From assembly GCA_937871935.1 (NCBI GenBank), contig CALMQI010000096.1:1397-65396 (forward strand): DNA of 64,000 nucleotides. The letters are read 5' to 3'. Under the pieces are notes generated by a model. It saw nothing but the letters and a program-made list of their open reading frames with translations. It searched no databases and was not told where the DNA came from. The DNA is from an uncultured Burkholderiales bacterium (GTDB lineage: Bacteria; Pseudomonadota; Gammaproteobacteria; Burkholderiales; Burkholderiaceae_C). Position 1 is the stretch's first letter. Each line of letters opens with the position of its first letter. The translations under genes and the position numbers were made by a program. Positions 1 through 8,558 of this stretch are shown piece by piece.

Positions 1-24
1 ACAGGGTGTGCAGGTTCGCCGCCG

Positions 25-366
25 CTACAGCCGCCGCGCGGCGTCGGCTTCGAGCACCGTGACGAGCGCCGCGAAGTCATCGTCGGCGTGTCCGAGCTCG
101 ACGGCGCGCGCCAGGACATCGCGCGCCTGGGCCGCCAGCGGGAAGTCCGCGCCGGCATCGCGGACGGCATCGAGGCAGAAGCCGACGTCCTTGAGCATGT
201 GGGAGGTCTTGAACAGGGTCGTGAAGTCGTGCTCGCGCATCGGGCCCGACTTGAGGTCGAGCATGGCGCTCCCGCCGGACCCGGCGCGCATCGCCGCGAC
301 GAACGCGTCGAGGTCGCGGGCGTCGTGCCGGATGCCCTGTTCGATGGTCCCAGCCACGATCCGCAT
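25..366 (-). pseudogene. beta-hydroxyacid dehydrogenase (3-hydroxyisobutyrate dehydrogenase / 2-hydroxy-3-oxopropionate reductase family), C-terminal domain only; 5'-truncated remnant
   Basis: The 113-aa ORF shows only the helical C-terminal domain pattern of this family ([17 protein letters not shown]...[31 protein letters not shown]). The N-terminal Rossmann half expected at ~367-900 is absent and replaced by unrelated + strand coding sequence. Confidence 0.55.
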
Positions 367-399
367 CCACGATACGTGCTCGTCGCCGAACAGCAGACG

Positions 400-630
400 C
401 TAACCGATCCGCCGATGGACCCCAGCTTGATCATCCGCCATCGCGGCGCTGTTGACGCGATCGTGCCGGTGGTGAGTCGCGCGGTCGCAGAGGTCGATGC
501 CGGCCTGCCAATCGTGTCGATGTCAACCATGAACGCGCGATTGGCGATGGTCACGGAACTCGAAACCTTGATCGTGCGGCTGTTGGCGTGCTTTGCCGTG
601 CTGTCGCTCGTCATCGCGGCGCTGGGCGGT
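400..630 (+). pseudogene. internal fragment of an FtsX/MacB-type (ADOP-like) ABC permease
   Basis: The translated stretch [71 protein letters not shown] matches the conserved periplasmic-loop-to-TM segment of FtsX-domain permeases. It has no N- or C-terminal remainder. Confidence 0.45.
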
Positions 631-1095
631 CACTGCGTCGGCGGCGGGCTCGAGATCGCGCTCGCGTGCGATCTGCGCGTCGCGGCACCGCACGCGCAGC
701 TCGGACTGACGGAGACGAGTCTCGCGATCATCCCCGGCGCCGGCGGCACGCAGCGCCTGCCGCGCGCGGTGGGCAAGGCCAAGGCGATGGACATGGTGCT
801 GACCGGCCGCATGATGGACGCCGCCGAGGCCGAACGCGCCGGACTGGTGTCGCGCGTGGTGCCGGCCGACAAGTTGCTGAGCGAGGCGGTTGCCGCGGCC
901 GAAGCGATCTGCGCGATGAGCGGGCCGAGCGTGGCGATGGCCAAGGAGGCCGTCAACCGCGCCTTCGAAGGCAGCTTGTCCGACGGCGTGATGTTCGAGC
1001 GGCGGCTCTTCCACTCGCTGTTCGCCACCGCCGACCAGAAGGAAGGCATGGATGCCTTCCTGAACAAACGCAAGCCCGACTTCCAGAACCGCTGA
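631..1095 (+). pseudogene. enoyl-CoA hydratase (crotonase family), C-terminal ~155 aa only, fused in frame to the FtsX fragment
   Basis: [77 protein letters not shown]...[12 protein letters not shown] is the oxyanion-hole and C-terminal part of crotonases. The first ~100 aa of a normal ~260-aa enzyme are missing. Confidence 0.7.
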
Positions 1096-1099
1096 GGCC

Positions 1100-2623
1100 T
1101 CAGCCCTCGCGGCGCAGCGCGGGGAACAGGATCACGTCGCGGATGCTCGGGCTGTCGGTCAGCAGCATCACCAGACGGTCGATGCCGATGCCGCAGCCGC
1201 CGGCCGGCGGCATGCCGTACTCGAGCGCGCGTATGAAGTCGGCGTCGTAGTACATCGCCTCCTCGTCGCCAGCCTCCTTGTGGGTGGCCTGCGACTGGAA
1301 ACGCGCCGCCTGATCCTCGGCGTCGTTCAGCTCGGAAAAGCCGTTGGCGATCTCGCGGCCGGTGATGTAGAGCTCGAAGCGCTCGGTGCGCGTCGGGTCG
1401 GTGTCGGAGGCGCGCGCCAGCGGGCTCACCTCGACCGGATGGTCGACGATGAAGGTCGGCTCCCACAGGTGCGGCTCAACCAGCTCCTCGAACACGCCGA
1501 ACTGCAGCTGGGCGAGGTTCCAGTGTGCGGGCGGCTCGTCGCCGTGCTTCTTGAGCTCGGCGCGCAGGGCCTGCGCATCGTCGAGGAGGGCGCTGCCGAT
1601 CGAGGGTACGTGGCGCGCCACCGCGTCGCGGATCGACAGGCGCGCGAACGGCGCCTCGAGATCCACCGCGCGGCCCTGGTAGTCGAGCTGCGCCGAACCG
1701 GCCGTCTGGCGTGCCGCGTGCCGGATCACCTGCTCGGTATAGGTCATCACGTCCTGGTAGTTCCAGTAGGCGGCGTAGAACTCCATCATCGTGAACTCGG
1801 GGTTGTGGCGGACCGACAGCCCCTCGTTGCGGAAGTTGCGGTTGATCTCGAACACGCGCTCGAAGCCGCCGACGAGCAGCCGCTTGAGGAACAGCTCGGG
1901 CGCGATGCGCAGGAACATCTCCTGGTCGAGCGCGTTGTGGTGGGTCACGAACGGCTTGGCATTGGCCCCGCCGGGGATCGGGTGCAGCATCGGCGTCTCG
2001 ACCTCGAGGAACGCGTGCTCGACCATGAAGTTGCGGATCGACGCGACGCACTTGCTGCGCGCCACGAAGCGGGCGCGGGCGTGTTCGTCGGTGATCAGGT
2101 CGGCGTAACGCTGTCGGTACTTCTGCTCCTGGTCGGCCATGCCGTGGAACTTGTCGGGCAGCGGGCGCAGGTTCTTCGTCAGCAGCCGGACCGAGGTGGC
2201 CTTGATCGTCAGCTCGCCCGTCTTGGTGCGCATCAGCGTGCCCACGCAGCCGATGATGTCGCCCAGGTCCCAGTGCTTGAAGGCGGCGTAGGCCTCGTCG
2301 CCCACCGCGTCGGTGGCGATGCGCAGCTGGATCCGCCCGCCCGTCTTGCCGAACGAGCCGTCCTGCAGCGTGGCGAAGCTCGCCTTGCCCATCACCCGCT
2401 TGAGCATCATGCGGCCGGCCACGGTCACCGCCACGGCCTGCGGCTCCAGCTCCTCGTTGGGCACGTCGGCATAGCGCTGGTGCAGGTCGGCGGCGTGATG
2501 GATCGGCTTGAAATCGTTCGGAAACGGGACGCCGCGGGTGCGCAGGGCGGCGAGTTTCTCGCGGCGCTCGGTGGTGAGGGTGTTGTCGTCGCCGCCGCCA
2601 GGGCCTGTGGGATCGTGTGTCAT
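1100..2623 (-). CDS. lysS: lysine--tRNA ligase (class II)
   Basis: 507 aa. An N-terminal OB anticodon-binding region is followed by class II motifs ([21 protein letters not shown]; [21 protein letters not shown]). Confidence 0.97.
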   Translation of the reverse strand: MTHDPTGPGGGDDNTLTTERREKLAALRTRGVPFPNDFKPIHHAADLHQRYADVPNEELEPQAVAVTVAGRMMLKRVMGKASFATLQDGSFGKTGGRIQLRIATDAVGDEAYAAFKHWDLGDIIGCVGTLMRTKTGELTIKATSVRLLTKNLRPLPDKFHGMADQEQKYRQRYADLITDEHARARFVARSKCVASIRNFMVEHAFLEVETPMLHPIPGGANAKPFVTHHNALDQEMFLRIAPELFLKRLLVGGFERVFEINRNFRNEGLSVRHNPEFTMMEFYAAYWNYQDVMTYTEQVIRHAARQTAGSAQLDYQGRAVDLEAPFARLSIRDAVARHVPSIGSALLDDAQALRAELKKHGDEPPAHWNLAQLQFGVFEELVEPHLWEPTFIVDHPVEVSPLARASDTDPTRTERFELYITGREIANGFSELNDAEDQAARFQSQATHKEAGDEEAMYYDADFIRALEYGMPPAGGCGIGIDRLVMLLTDSPSIRDVILFPALRREG

Positions 2624-2646
2624 CGTTGTCTTTCTGCGCGACTCGC

Positions 2647-2679
2647 GATTCTAGGTGGCAGTCCCCGCGCCCTAGAATC
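2647..2679. promoter_or_regulatory. perfect 9-bp inverted repeat GATTCTAGG-N15-CCTAGAATC in the lysS / glycan-operon divergent spacer (candidate operator or leader hairpin)
   Basis: Read directly: GATTCTAGG at 2647-2655 and CCTAGAATC at 2671-2679. It is a relatively AT-rich, CTAG-containing palindrome in a very GC-rich 94-bp intergenic region. Confidence 0.3.
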
Positions 2680-2717
2680 CGTAAGGCGCTGCTCGCCCTA
2701 GGCGACTTCCGGCTGCC

Positions 2718-3791
2718 ATGACACAGACCATGCACAACCGTCGCCCGCCGGTACTTGACCGCAAGCTGCGCTTTGCGCTGGTCGGCTGCGGCCGCATCGC
2801 GGGCAATCACTTCGAGGCGATCAAGAGTCATGCCCCACGCTGCGAGCTGGTGGACGTCTGCGACGTCGATGCCACGGCCTTGAGCGCGGCCGTCAAGCGG
2901 ACCGGTGCGAAGGGACATGCCTCGCTGACGGCGATGCTCGCGGCGACCGCTGCGGATTGCGTGATCCTCACCACGCCGAGCGGTCTTCACCCGGCACAAG
3001 CCATTGAGGTGTCGCGCAGTGGTCGCGATGTGATGACCGAAAAGCCGATGGCTACCCGCTGGAGCGACGGCCAGGCCATGGTGCGTGCCTGCGATGAGGC
3101 CGGCGTGCGCCTCTTCGTCGTCAAGCAGAACCGACGCAACCGTACGCTGCAGCTGCTCAAGCGCGCGGTCGACGGCGGGCGCTTTGGGCGTATCTACATG
3201 GTCAACGTCAATGTCTTCTGGTCGCGGCCGCAGTCGTACTACGACAGCGCTGCCTGGCGCGGCACCTGGGAGTTCGATGGCGGCGCCTTCATGAACCAGG
3301 CCAGCCACTACATCGACCTGCTCGACTGGATCGTCGGCCCGGTGGAGAGCGTGATGGCGTACACCGGTACGCTGGCGCGCAACATCGAGGTCGAGGATAC
3401 CGGCGTAGCGGCGCTCAAGTGGCGCAACGGAGCCATGGGCACCGTCAACGTGACGATGCTCACCTACCCGAAGAACCTGGAAGGCTCGATCACTGTCCTG
3501 GGCGAACGAGGTTCGGTGCGGATCGGTGGCGTGGCGGTCAACAAGATCGAGAACTGGACGTTCGACACGCCGCACGACATGGACCGCGAGATCGACGATG
3601 CCAGCTACCAGACCACGTCAGTCTACGGCTTCGGGCACCCGCTCTACTACGACAACGTGATCAACACCCTGCGCGGCGAGGCCGAGCCCGAGACCGATGG
3701 GCGCGAGGGCTTGAAGTCGCTGGAGTTGCTGATTGCGATGTACATGTCGGCGCGGGATGGCAAGCGCGTGAACCTGCCGTTGGCGTATTGA
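2718..3791 (+). CDS. wbpB: Gfo/Idh/MocA oxidoreductase, WbpB/WlbA-like UDP-sugar 3-dehydrogenase
   Basis: 357 aa. It has a Rossmann N-terminus ([16 protein letters not shown]) and the conserved core [25 protein letters not shown]...[25 protein letters not shown]. It is the first gene of a dehydrogenase/acetyltransferase/aminotransferase triad. Confidence 0.75.
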   Translation: MTQTMHNRRPPVLDRKLRFALVGCGRIAGNHFEAIKSHAPRCELVDVCDVDATALSAAVKRTGAKGHASLTAMLAATAADCVILTTPSGLHPAQAIEVSRSGRDVMTEKPMATRWSDGQAMVRACDEAGVRLFVVKQNRRNRTLQLLKRAVDGGRFGRIYMVNVNVFWSRPQSYYDSAAWRGTWEFDGGAFMNQASHYIDLLDWIVGPVESVMAYTGTLARNIEVEDTGVAALKWRNGAMGTVNVTMLTYPKNLEGSITVLGERGSVRIGGVAVNKIENWTFDTPHDMDREIDDASYQTTSVYGFGHPLYYDNVINTLRGEAEPETDGREGLKSLELLIAMYMSARDGKRVNLPLAY

Positions 3792-3805
3792 TCGACAGGC
3801 GCGAC

Positions 3806-4393
3806 ATGCCCACCACCATCCATCCGAGCGCAATCGTTGATCCCGGGGCGCAACTCGGCGAGGGCTGCCGTGTCTGGCACTTCGTGCACATCAGCGCCGG
3901 TGCTCGCATCGGCGCGCGCTGCACGTTCGGCCAGAACGTGTACGTCGGCAACGACGTGGCGATCGGCGACAACGTGCGTGTCCAGAACAACGTGTCGGTC
4001 TACGATGCCGTGACGCTGGAGGACGACGTGTTCTGCGGTCCGAGCATGGTGTTCACGAACGTCTACAACCCTCGCGCCGCGGTGAGCCGGAAGTCGGAGT
4101 ACCGCCGTACGATGGTCCGGCGCGGCGCCACGCTCGGCGCCAACTGCACCGTGGTGTGCGGAGTCACTATCGGTTGCTATGCCTTCGTCGGCGCCGGTGC
4201 CGTGCTCAGGTGCGATGCACCTGACTACTCATTGTGGGTCGGCGTGCCGGCTCGGCATGTCGGCTGGATGAGCCGCCACGGCGAGCGGCTGCGGTTGCCG
4301 TTGCAGGCTAACGGCGAGGCCGCGTGCCCTGCAACGGGTGAGCGCTACCGGGTGCGCGAAGGGGTCTGCACGATGATCGAGGATTCGGCGTGA
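3806..4393 (+). CDS. wbpD: hexapeptide-repeat (LbH) N-acetyltransferase, WbpD/WlbB-like
   Basis: ATG at 3806 ([36 protein letters not shown]...) followed by left-handed beta-helix repeats. Its position between the WbpB-like and WbpE-like genes supports the call. Confidence 0.75.
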   Translation: MPTTIHPSAIVDPGAQLGEGCRVWHFVHISAGARIGARCTFGQNVYVGNDVAIGDNVRVQNNVSVYDAVTLEDDVFCGPSMVFTNVYNPRAAVSRKSEYRRTMVRRGATLGANCTVVCGVTIGCYAFVGAGAVLRCDAPDYSLWVGVPARHVGWMSRHGERLRLPLQANGEAACPATGERYRVREGVCTMIEDSA

Positions 4394-5484
4394 GCCATCG
4401 CATCGAGTTCGTCGACCTGAAGGCCCAGTACGCCGCGCTGAAGGACCGCATCGCTGCGCGCATGCAGGCCGTGCTGGACCACGGCCAATACATCATGGGC
4501 CCCGAGGTCAAGGAACTGGAGCAAGGGCTCGTTGCCTTCACCGGGGCGAAGCACTGCATCACGGTGGCCAGCGGCACCGAAGCCATCCTCATCTCCTTGA
4601 TGGCGATCGACCTCAAGCCCGGCGACGAAGTCATCACGACGCCGTTCACGTTTGCGGCGACGGCCGAGATGATCGTGCTGCTCGGTGGCAAGCCAGTGTA
4701 CGTGGACATCGAACCGGATACCTGCAACATCGACGCATCCCTAATCGAGGCGATGATCACGCCGCGCACGCGGGCCATCATGCCGGTCAGTCTCTATGGC
4801 CAATGTGCCGACATGGATCGGATTGGCCAGATCGCGGCGCGGCACCAGCTGTTTGTGATCGAAGATGCGGCGCAGAGCTTCGGCGCTTCCTTTCAAGGCC
4901 GGCGCAGTTGCAACCTGTCGACGCTGGCCTGCACCAGCTTCTTTCCGAGCAAGCCGCTCGGCTGCTACGGTGACGGCGGTGCCATCTTCACCAGCGACGA
5001 CAGGATCGCCCAGGCTTGTCGCGAAATCCGCGTCCACGGCCAGAGCGGGCGCTACCACCACACGCGGATCGGTGTCGGCGGCCGCATGGACACGCTGCAA
5101 TGCGCGGTCGTGTTGGCCAAGCTCGAACGGTTCGAGTGGGAGCTGCAACGCCGCCTGGCCATCGGTGGGCGCTACGACGCGCTGTTCGATGCGGCGGGCG
5201 TCGAGCGGGTGAGGGTACGCGTCGACAGGGACAGCGTTTTTGCGCAGTACACCGTATTGGTCGACGACCGGACCACGGTGCAGGCGCGGCTGCAGGAGCA
5301 AGGCATTCCCACTGCGGTGCACTACCCGAAGCCGCTGCACCACCAGCCCGCATATGCCTCGCAGAGCGGCTCGGAGGGTTGCAGCCAAAGCGTTCGCGCC
5401 GCAGCCCGGGTGTTGAGCTTGCCGATGAGCGCCGATCTCGCCGAGGCCGACCAGGACCGCGTCGTCCGCGCACTGTGTTCCTAG
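4390..5484 (+). CDS. wbpE: DegT/DnrJ/EryC1 PLP aminotransferase, WbpE/WlbC-like
   Basis: 364 aa. The GTG start overlaps the upstream stop. Motifs include [31 protein letters not shown], and [19 protein letters not shown], which contains the PLP lysine. Confidence 0.8.
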   Translation: MSHRIEFVDLKAQYAALKDRIAARMQAVLDHGQYIMGPEVKELEQGLVAFTGAKHCITVASGTEAILISLMAIDLKPGDEVITTPFTFAATAEMIVLLGGKPVYVDIEPDTCNIDASLIEAMITPRTRAIMPVSLYGQCADMDRIGQIAARHQLFVIEDAAQSFGASFQGRRSCNLSTLACTSFFPSKPLGCYGDGGAIFTSDDRIAQACREIRVHGQSGRYHHTRIGVGGRMDTLQCAVVLAKLERFEWELQRRLAIGGRYDALFDAAGVERVRVRVDRDSVFAQYTVLVDDRTTVQARLQEQGIPTAVHYPKPLHHQPAYASQSGSEGCSQSVRAAARVLSLPMSADLAEADQDRVVRALCS

Positions 5485-5557
5485 AGCGCCTCTTGCACCC
5501 CCGGCTCGGCCAGCGGCGACCGGGGTGCACCGCGCCGGTCGTCGCCGTCACTATACG

Positions 5558-6802
5558 ATGACGAAATCGTTCCTCTCCAGCGTGCTCACCGTCGCCGGCG
5601 GCACCGCGGTCGCCCAGGCGATCTCGCTGGTCTCGCTGCCGTTCATCACGCGGCTCTATCCGCCAGAGATCTACGGCGCGTTTGTGGTCTTCCTGGCCTA
5701 TGGTGGCTTCGTTACGCCGATCGTTTGCGCCCGCTTCGACGTGGCCATTGCGTTGCCAAAGCGCAATCGTGGTGCCGCTGCAGTGGCGTTGGGCAGCCTG
5801 GTTGTCGCCGCTGGCGTGGCCCTGATGACAGCGTTGCTGTTGCTGGTACTGTCCGCCTGGGTGCCCTTCCTGGGCGACGCTGCGGCCTGGTGCCTGCCGC
5901 TGTACATCTGGCTTGGTGGCGCATTGCTGGTGTTCAGTAGCTGGAGCGCACGCATGCGCACCTACAGCCGGTTGTCGTGGTCACGTATCGCGCAGGCGGC
6001 CGCCACCGCTGGCCTGGCCATCTGTCTCGTGGCGGCCACCGATGCGCGCGCTGCCCTGCTCGTGATTGCCACCGTGGCGGGCCAGGTCGTCGGGCTGGCC
6101 GTGCTGATCGGAGCGCCGCCCGAGGCACGGCTCGGATGGCGCGCTCGACCCCATCAGGTAGTGCGTCTGCTGCGGCATTTCCGGCGGCTGGCCGCTTTCA
6201 ACGTGCCACATGTCCTGTCCGATGCCGCGCAGGGTTCCGGGCTGCCCTTGCTGGTGGCCGCCTTCTTCGGCACACAGGCCACGGCCTACTATGCCTTCTC
6301 GGTCCGACTGCTGAAGGCACCGCTCGGTCTGGTCAGCGGAGCCGTCTCGCAGGTCTACTATCCTCGCGCCGCTGCTCATCGCGATGACAACCGCCGGCTG
6401 CGCCACGATGCGTTGCGCATCCTGGCGGTGTCGACGCCGGCTGCGCTGCTGCTGTTGCCGTTGCTGCTGCTGACTCCGGAGAGGGTCTTCGCCGCCGCCT
6501 TCGGCCCCGCCTGGCGCGACGTCGGCAGCTATCTCCACGCCCTGGCACCATGGATCCTGTCTTCGTTCGTTGCAGCGCCTTTGAGCGTGCTGTATCTGGT
6601 GAAGGAGCAATTCGCCCTGGATTTCTATCTGGGATTGGCAGGCTCGGTCATCGCCTTCAGCATCCTGTGCGTGGCCCGACTGATGTCCGGCGAGGTGATG
6701 TTCGCTATGTGGGCGCTGTCCCTCGGCATGACGGTCTATGTCGTCGCCAGCACCGTCGCCGAATTCCGATACGTGATCGGCCGAGGTGGCCCCGATGCTT
6801 GA
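5558..6802 (+). CDS. wzx: polysaccharide/O-unit flippase, Wzx (PST) family
   Basis: ~414 aa, multi-TM. The N-terminus FLSSVLTVAGGTAVAQAISLVSLPFITRLYPPEIYGAF is typical of the Polysacc_synt family. The ATG at 5558 is preferred over the upstream in-frame start. Confidence 0.7.
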   Translation: MTKSFLSSVLTVAGGTAVAQAISLVSLPFITRLYPPEIYGAFVVFLAYGGFVTPIVCARFDVAIALPKRNRGAAAVALGSLVVAAGVALMTALLLLVLSAWVPFLGDAAAWCLPLYIWLGGALLVFSSWSARMRTYSRLSWSRIAQAAATAGLAICLVAATDARAALLVIATVAGQVVGLAVLIGAPPEARLGWRARPHQVVRLLRHFRRLAAFNVPHVLSDAAQGSGLPLLVAAFFGTQATAYYAFSVRLLKAPLGLVSGAVSQVYYPRAAAHRDDNRRLRHDALRILAVSTPAALLLLPLLLLTPERVFAAAFGPAWRDVGSYLHALAPWILSSFVAAPLSVLYLVKEQFALDFYLGLAGSVIAFSILCVARLMSGEVMFAMWALSLGMTVYVVASTVAEFRYVIGRGGPDA

Positions 6803-7733
6803 CGATCTGTTCGACGACGAGGGTTTGCGCCGAGTCCTAGGGGCTGCACTGGGCATGCGCGCGCTGCGGTTGGGAGGCACTGACGAGCGGGCGGTTTGGG
6901 CTTTCGAGCGCAAACGCTATGGTCTTCGCCAGCTCGAGCTCGGCCCGCTCGGCTTGTATTGTGCGGTCGCCGATGCCCCAGCGGAAGTCGACGGACTGGT
7001 GGCTCTCGCCGATCGCGCACAGCGCTCGGCAAGCCGGGTGCGGATCAACGTCAATCCACTCGATCGGCGGGGCGGCGAAATAGCTCGGCGCACGGCGAGG
7101 TGCGGCTTCACGACTGAGTCCAACGAGACACACCTGTTGCCCCTTCGCGGCTCGATCGACGATCTTCGCGCCGGCTATCACGCGACAAAGCGGCATCAGG
7201 TGCAACGCCGGGCCAGGTTGGCTTCGACGATCGTGCAGGCCGACTGCGCGACCCAACTGGATGACTATGCGGAGGTCTATGGCGCCTCGATCGTCCGCTG
7301 GGGCCTCGATGGTCCCACCTATCCCCGCAGCCTGTTCGATGCCTTGCTCGCCTGCCCGTCGGTGCGCATTTGGATGAACTACGTGGAAGGCCGCTTGGCG
7401 TGCGCCATGATTGTGCTGCGATGCCGCCGCTATGCTTTGTACTGGCAAGGTGTCTCGCGTAACGATGACGGGCAGAAGGCGGCCTATCCGATGGTGCGGC
7501 TGATGGACACCGTACTGCAGGACCTGCTCGCGGCCGGCATTCCGTATCTCAACCTGGGCGCCTCGGACGGGCTGCCGACGGTGCGCCGATTCAAGGAAGA
7601 GTTCGGCGCCAGGCCTGCGAGTTATCCGGCGCTGGTGTACGAATCGCCGCTGTGGCGCGCGTTGCGTGGGGCACGCGCTGCGCTGTTTCGAACGTCGCGC
7701 CGGCCGTCGCTGCCCAGCGTCGGACAACGATAA
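6786..7733 (+). CDS. FemAB-like / BioF2-like GNAT-fold acyl(aminoacyl)transferase
   Basis: 315 aa. The C-terminal half (MNYVEGRLACAMIVLRCRRYALYWQGVSRNDDGQKAAYPMVRLMDTVLQDLLAAGIPYLNLGASDGLPTVRRFKEEFGARP) matches the Acetyltransf_6/FemAB-type pattern recalled from EPS and CelD-like proteins. The start is uncertain (GTG 6786 or ATG 6795). Confidence 0.5.
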   Translation: MAPMLDDLFDDEGLRRVLGAALGMRALRLGGTDERAVWAFERKRYGLRQLELGPLGLYCAVADAPAEVDGLVALADRAQRSASRVRINVNPLDRRGGEIARRTARCGFTTESNETHLLPLRGSIDDLRAGYHATKRHQVQRRARLASTIVQADCATQLDDYAEVYGASIVRWGLDGPTYPRSLFDALLACPSVRIWMNYVEGRLACAMIVLRCRRYALYWQGVSRNDDGQKAAYPMVRLMDTVLQDLLAAGIPYLNLGASDGLPTVRRFKEEFGARPASYPALVYESPLWRALRGARAALFRTSRRPSLPSVGQR

Positions 7734-7769
7734 TGCGGCGGTCCATACCGGGCCGGACGGAGCGGTGCG

Positions 7770-8528
7770 ATGAGTGAAGTGGATTGGGATTCACGCGCTA
7801 GGCAGGGCGTGGGCTTTCAGTCGGTGATCGATCCGGCCGATCGCTCGGGACTCAAGAACGGCCTAATCGACCGCATCCAGTGGGACCACATCGGGCCGTG
7901 GGCCGAACGGCGCCGTTCGGTGCTTGACTTCGGCTGCGGCATTGGCCGCTTCGCGCAGCGCATCGTCGCCGCAGGCGCATCCTATTGCGGCGTCGACGCC
8001 TCGGCGGCGATGATCGACTCCGCTCGCCAATTGCATCCAGGCGGCGCTGTCACGTTCCTGCATGCGCCCGGTCTGCCGCTGCCGTTAGCGGACGGTCGGT
8101 TTGACGGTTGCCTCACCGTGGGGGTGTTGCAATGCCTCAAGACGAGTGACGGGGCGCCCCTGCGCGCAGCTGTGGCTGAGCTGGCCCGTGTGCTTCTGCC
8201 CGGCGGCGAACTATTGATAATCGAGCAGGCGAGCGCGTCGGGCCGCTTCTCGGGCTCGGTGACCGATAGCTCGACCGAGCAGGACTACGAGGACGCCCTC
8301 GGCGCCTGTTTTCAGGTGGCCGATCTCCGGCGCATCCGCTGCGGCAGCCTCTCACGCTTGAGCGCTTGGTACCTGCGCGGCGGCAGCATGCTGCCGGTGC
8401 GCAGGCGCATCGAGGGTTATCTGGCCCGTCACGAAGCCACCATCGCCTCGCGTTCCGATGCCGCCGCCCTAAGGGCACAGGTCTACTACGACGTTGCCAT
8501 CCGGGCGGTCAAGCGGGCCGGCGTCTGA
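7770..8528 (+). CDS. class I SAM-dependent methyltransferase
   Basis: It carries SAM-binding motif I (VLDFGCGIGRFAQRIV) and the post-I acidic residue (GVDAS). Confidence 0.8.
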   Translation: MSEVDWDSRARQGVGFQSVIDPADRSGLKNGLIDRIQWDHIGPWAERRRSVLDFGCGIGRFAQRIVAAGASYCGVDASAAMIDSARQLHPGGAVTFLHAPGLPLPLADGRFDGCLTVGVLQCLKTSDGAPLRAAVAELARVLLPGGELLIIEQASASGRFSGSVTDSSTEQDYEDALGACFQVADLRRIRCGSLSRLSAWYLRGGSMLPVRRRIEGYLARHEATIASRSDAAALRAQVYYDVAIRAVKRAGV

Positions 8529-8558
8529 CATGGACGAACGACCACGATTCACGCGTCG

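Noticed and set aside
88-1095. 335-aa plus-strand ORF as a single bona fide gene
   Set aside because: Its first third is antisense to a dehydrogenase remnant, its middle is an FtsX fragment, and its end is a truncated crotonase. It is treated as a chimeric pseudogene (see finding), not as one functional product.
1091-1104. 14-bp perfect palindrome GCTGAGGCCTCAGC at the convergent crotonase-remnant / lysS junction, and the similar CTGAG...CTCAG plus GGCCCG-N7-CGGGCC hairpins at 35858-35896
   Set aside because: These palindromes largely follow from two facing TGA stop codons (TGA/TCA). The stems are short with no U-tract. At best they are weak terminators, not reported as features.
2624-2717. 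ops/JUMPStart (GGCGGTAG) antitermination element upstream of the glycan operons; also checked by eye at 17311-17441 and 42425-42645
   Set aside because: No exact match was seen on the relevant strands. The nearest strings (GGTGGCAG, GCCGCTAG) have two mismatches. A proper motif scan is still advisable.
1476-3575. 699-aa minus-strand ORF spanning lysS and the first glycan gene, with similar long ORFs at 17532-19079, 18652-19830, 21639-23066, 32321-33778, 34160-35578 and 58018-59505
   Set aside because: These ORFs are Arg/Ala/Gly/Pro-rich with no recognisable motifs. Each lies antisense or out of frame to a gene with strong family signatures. They are typical GC-driven shadow ORFs.
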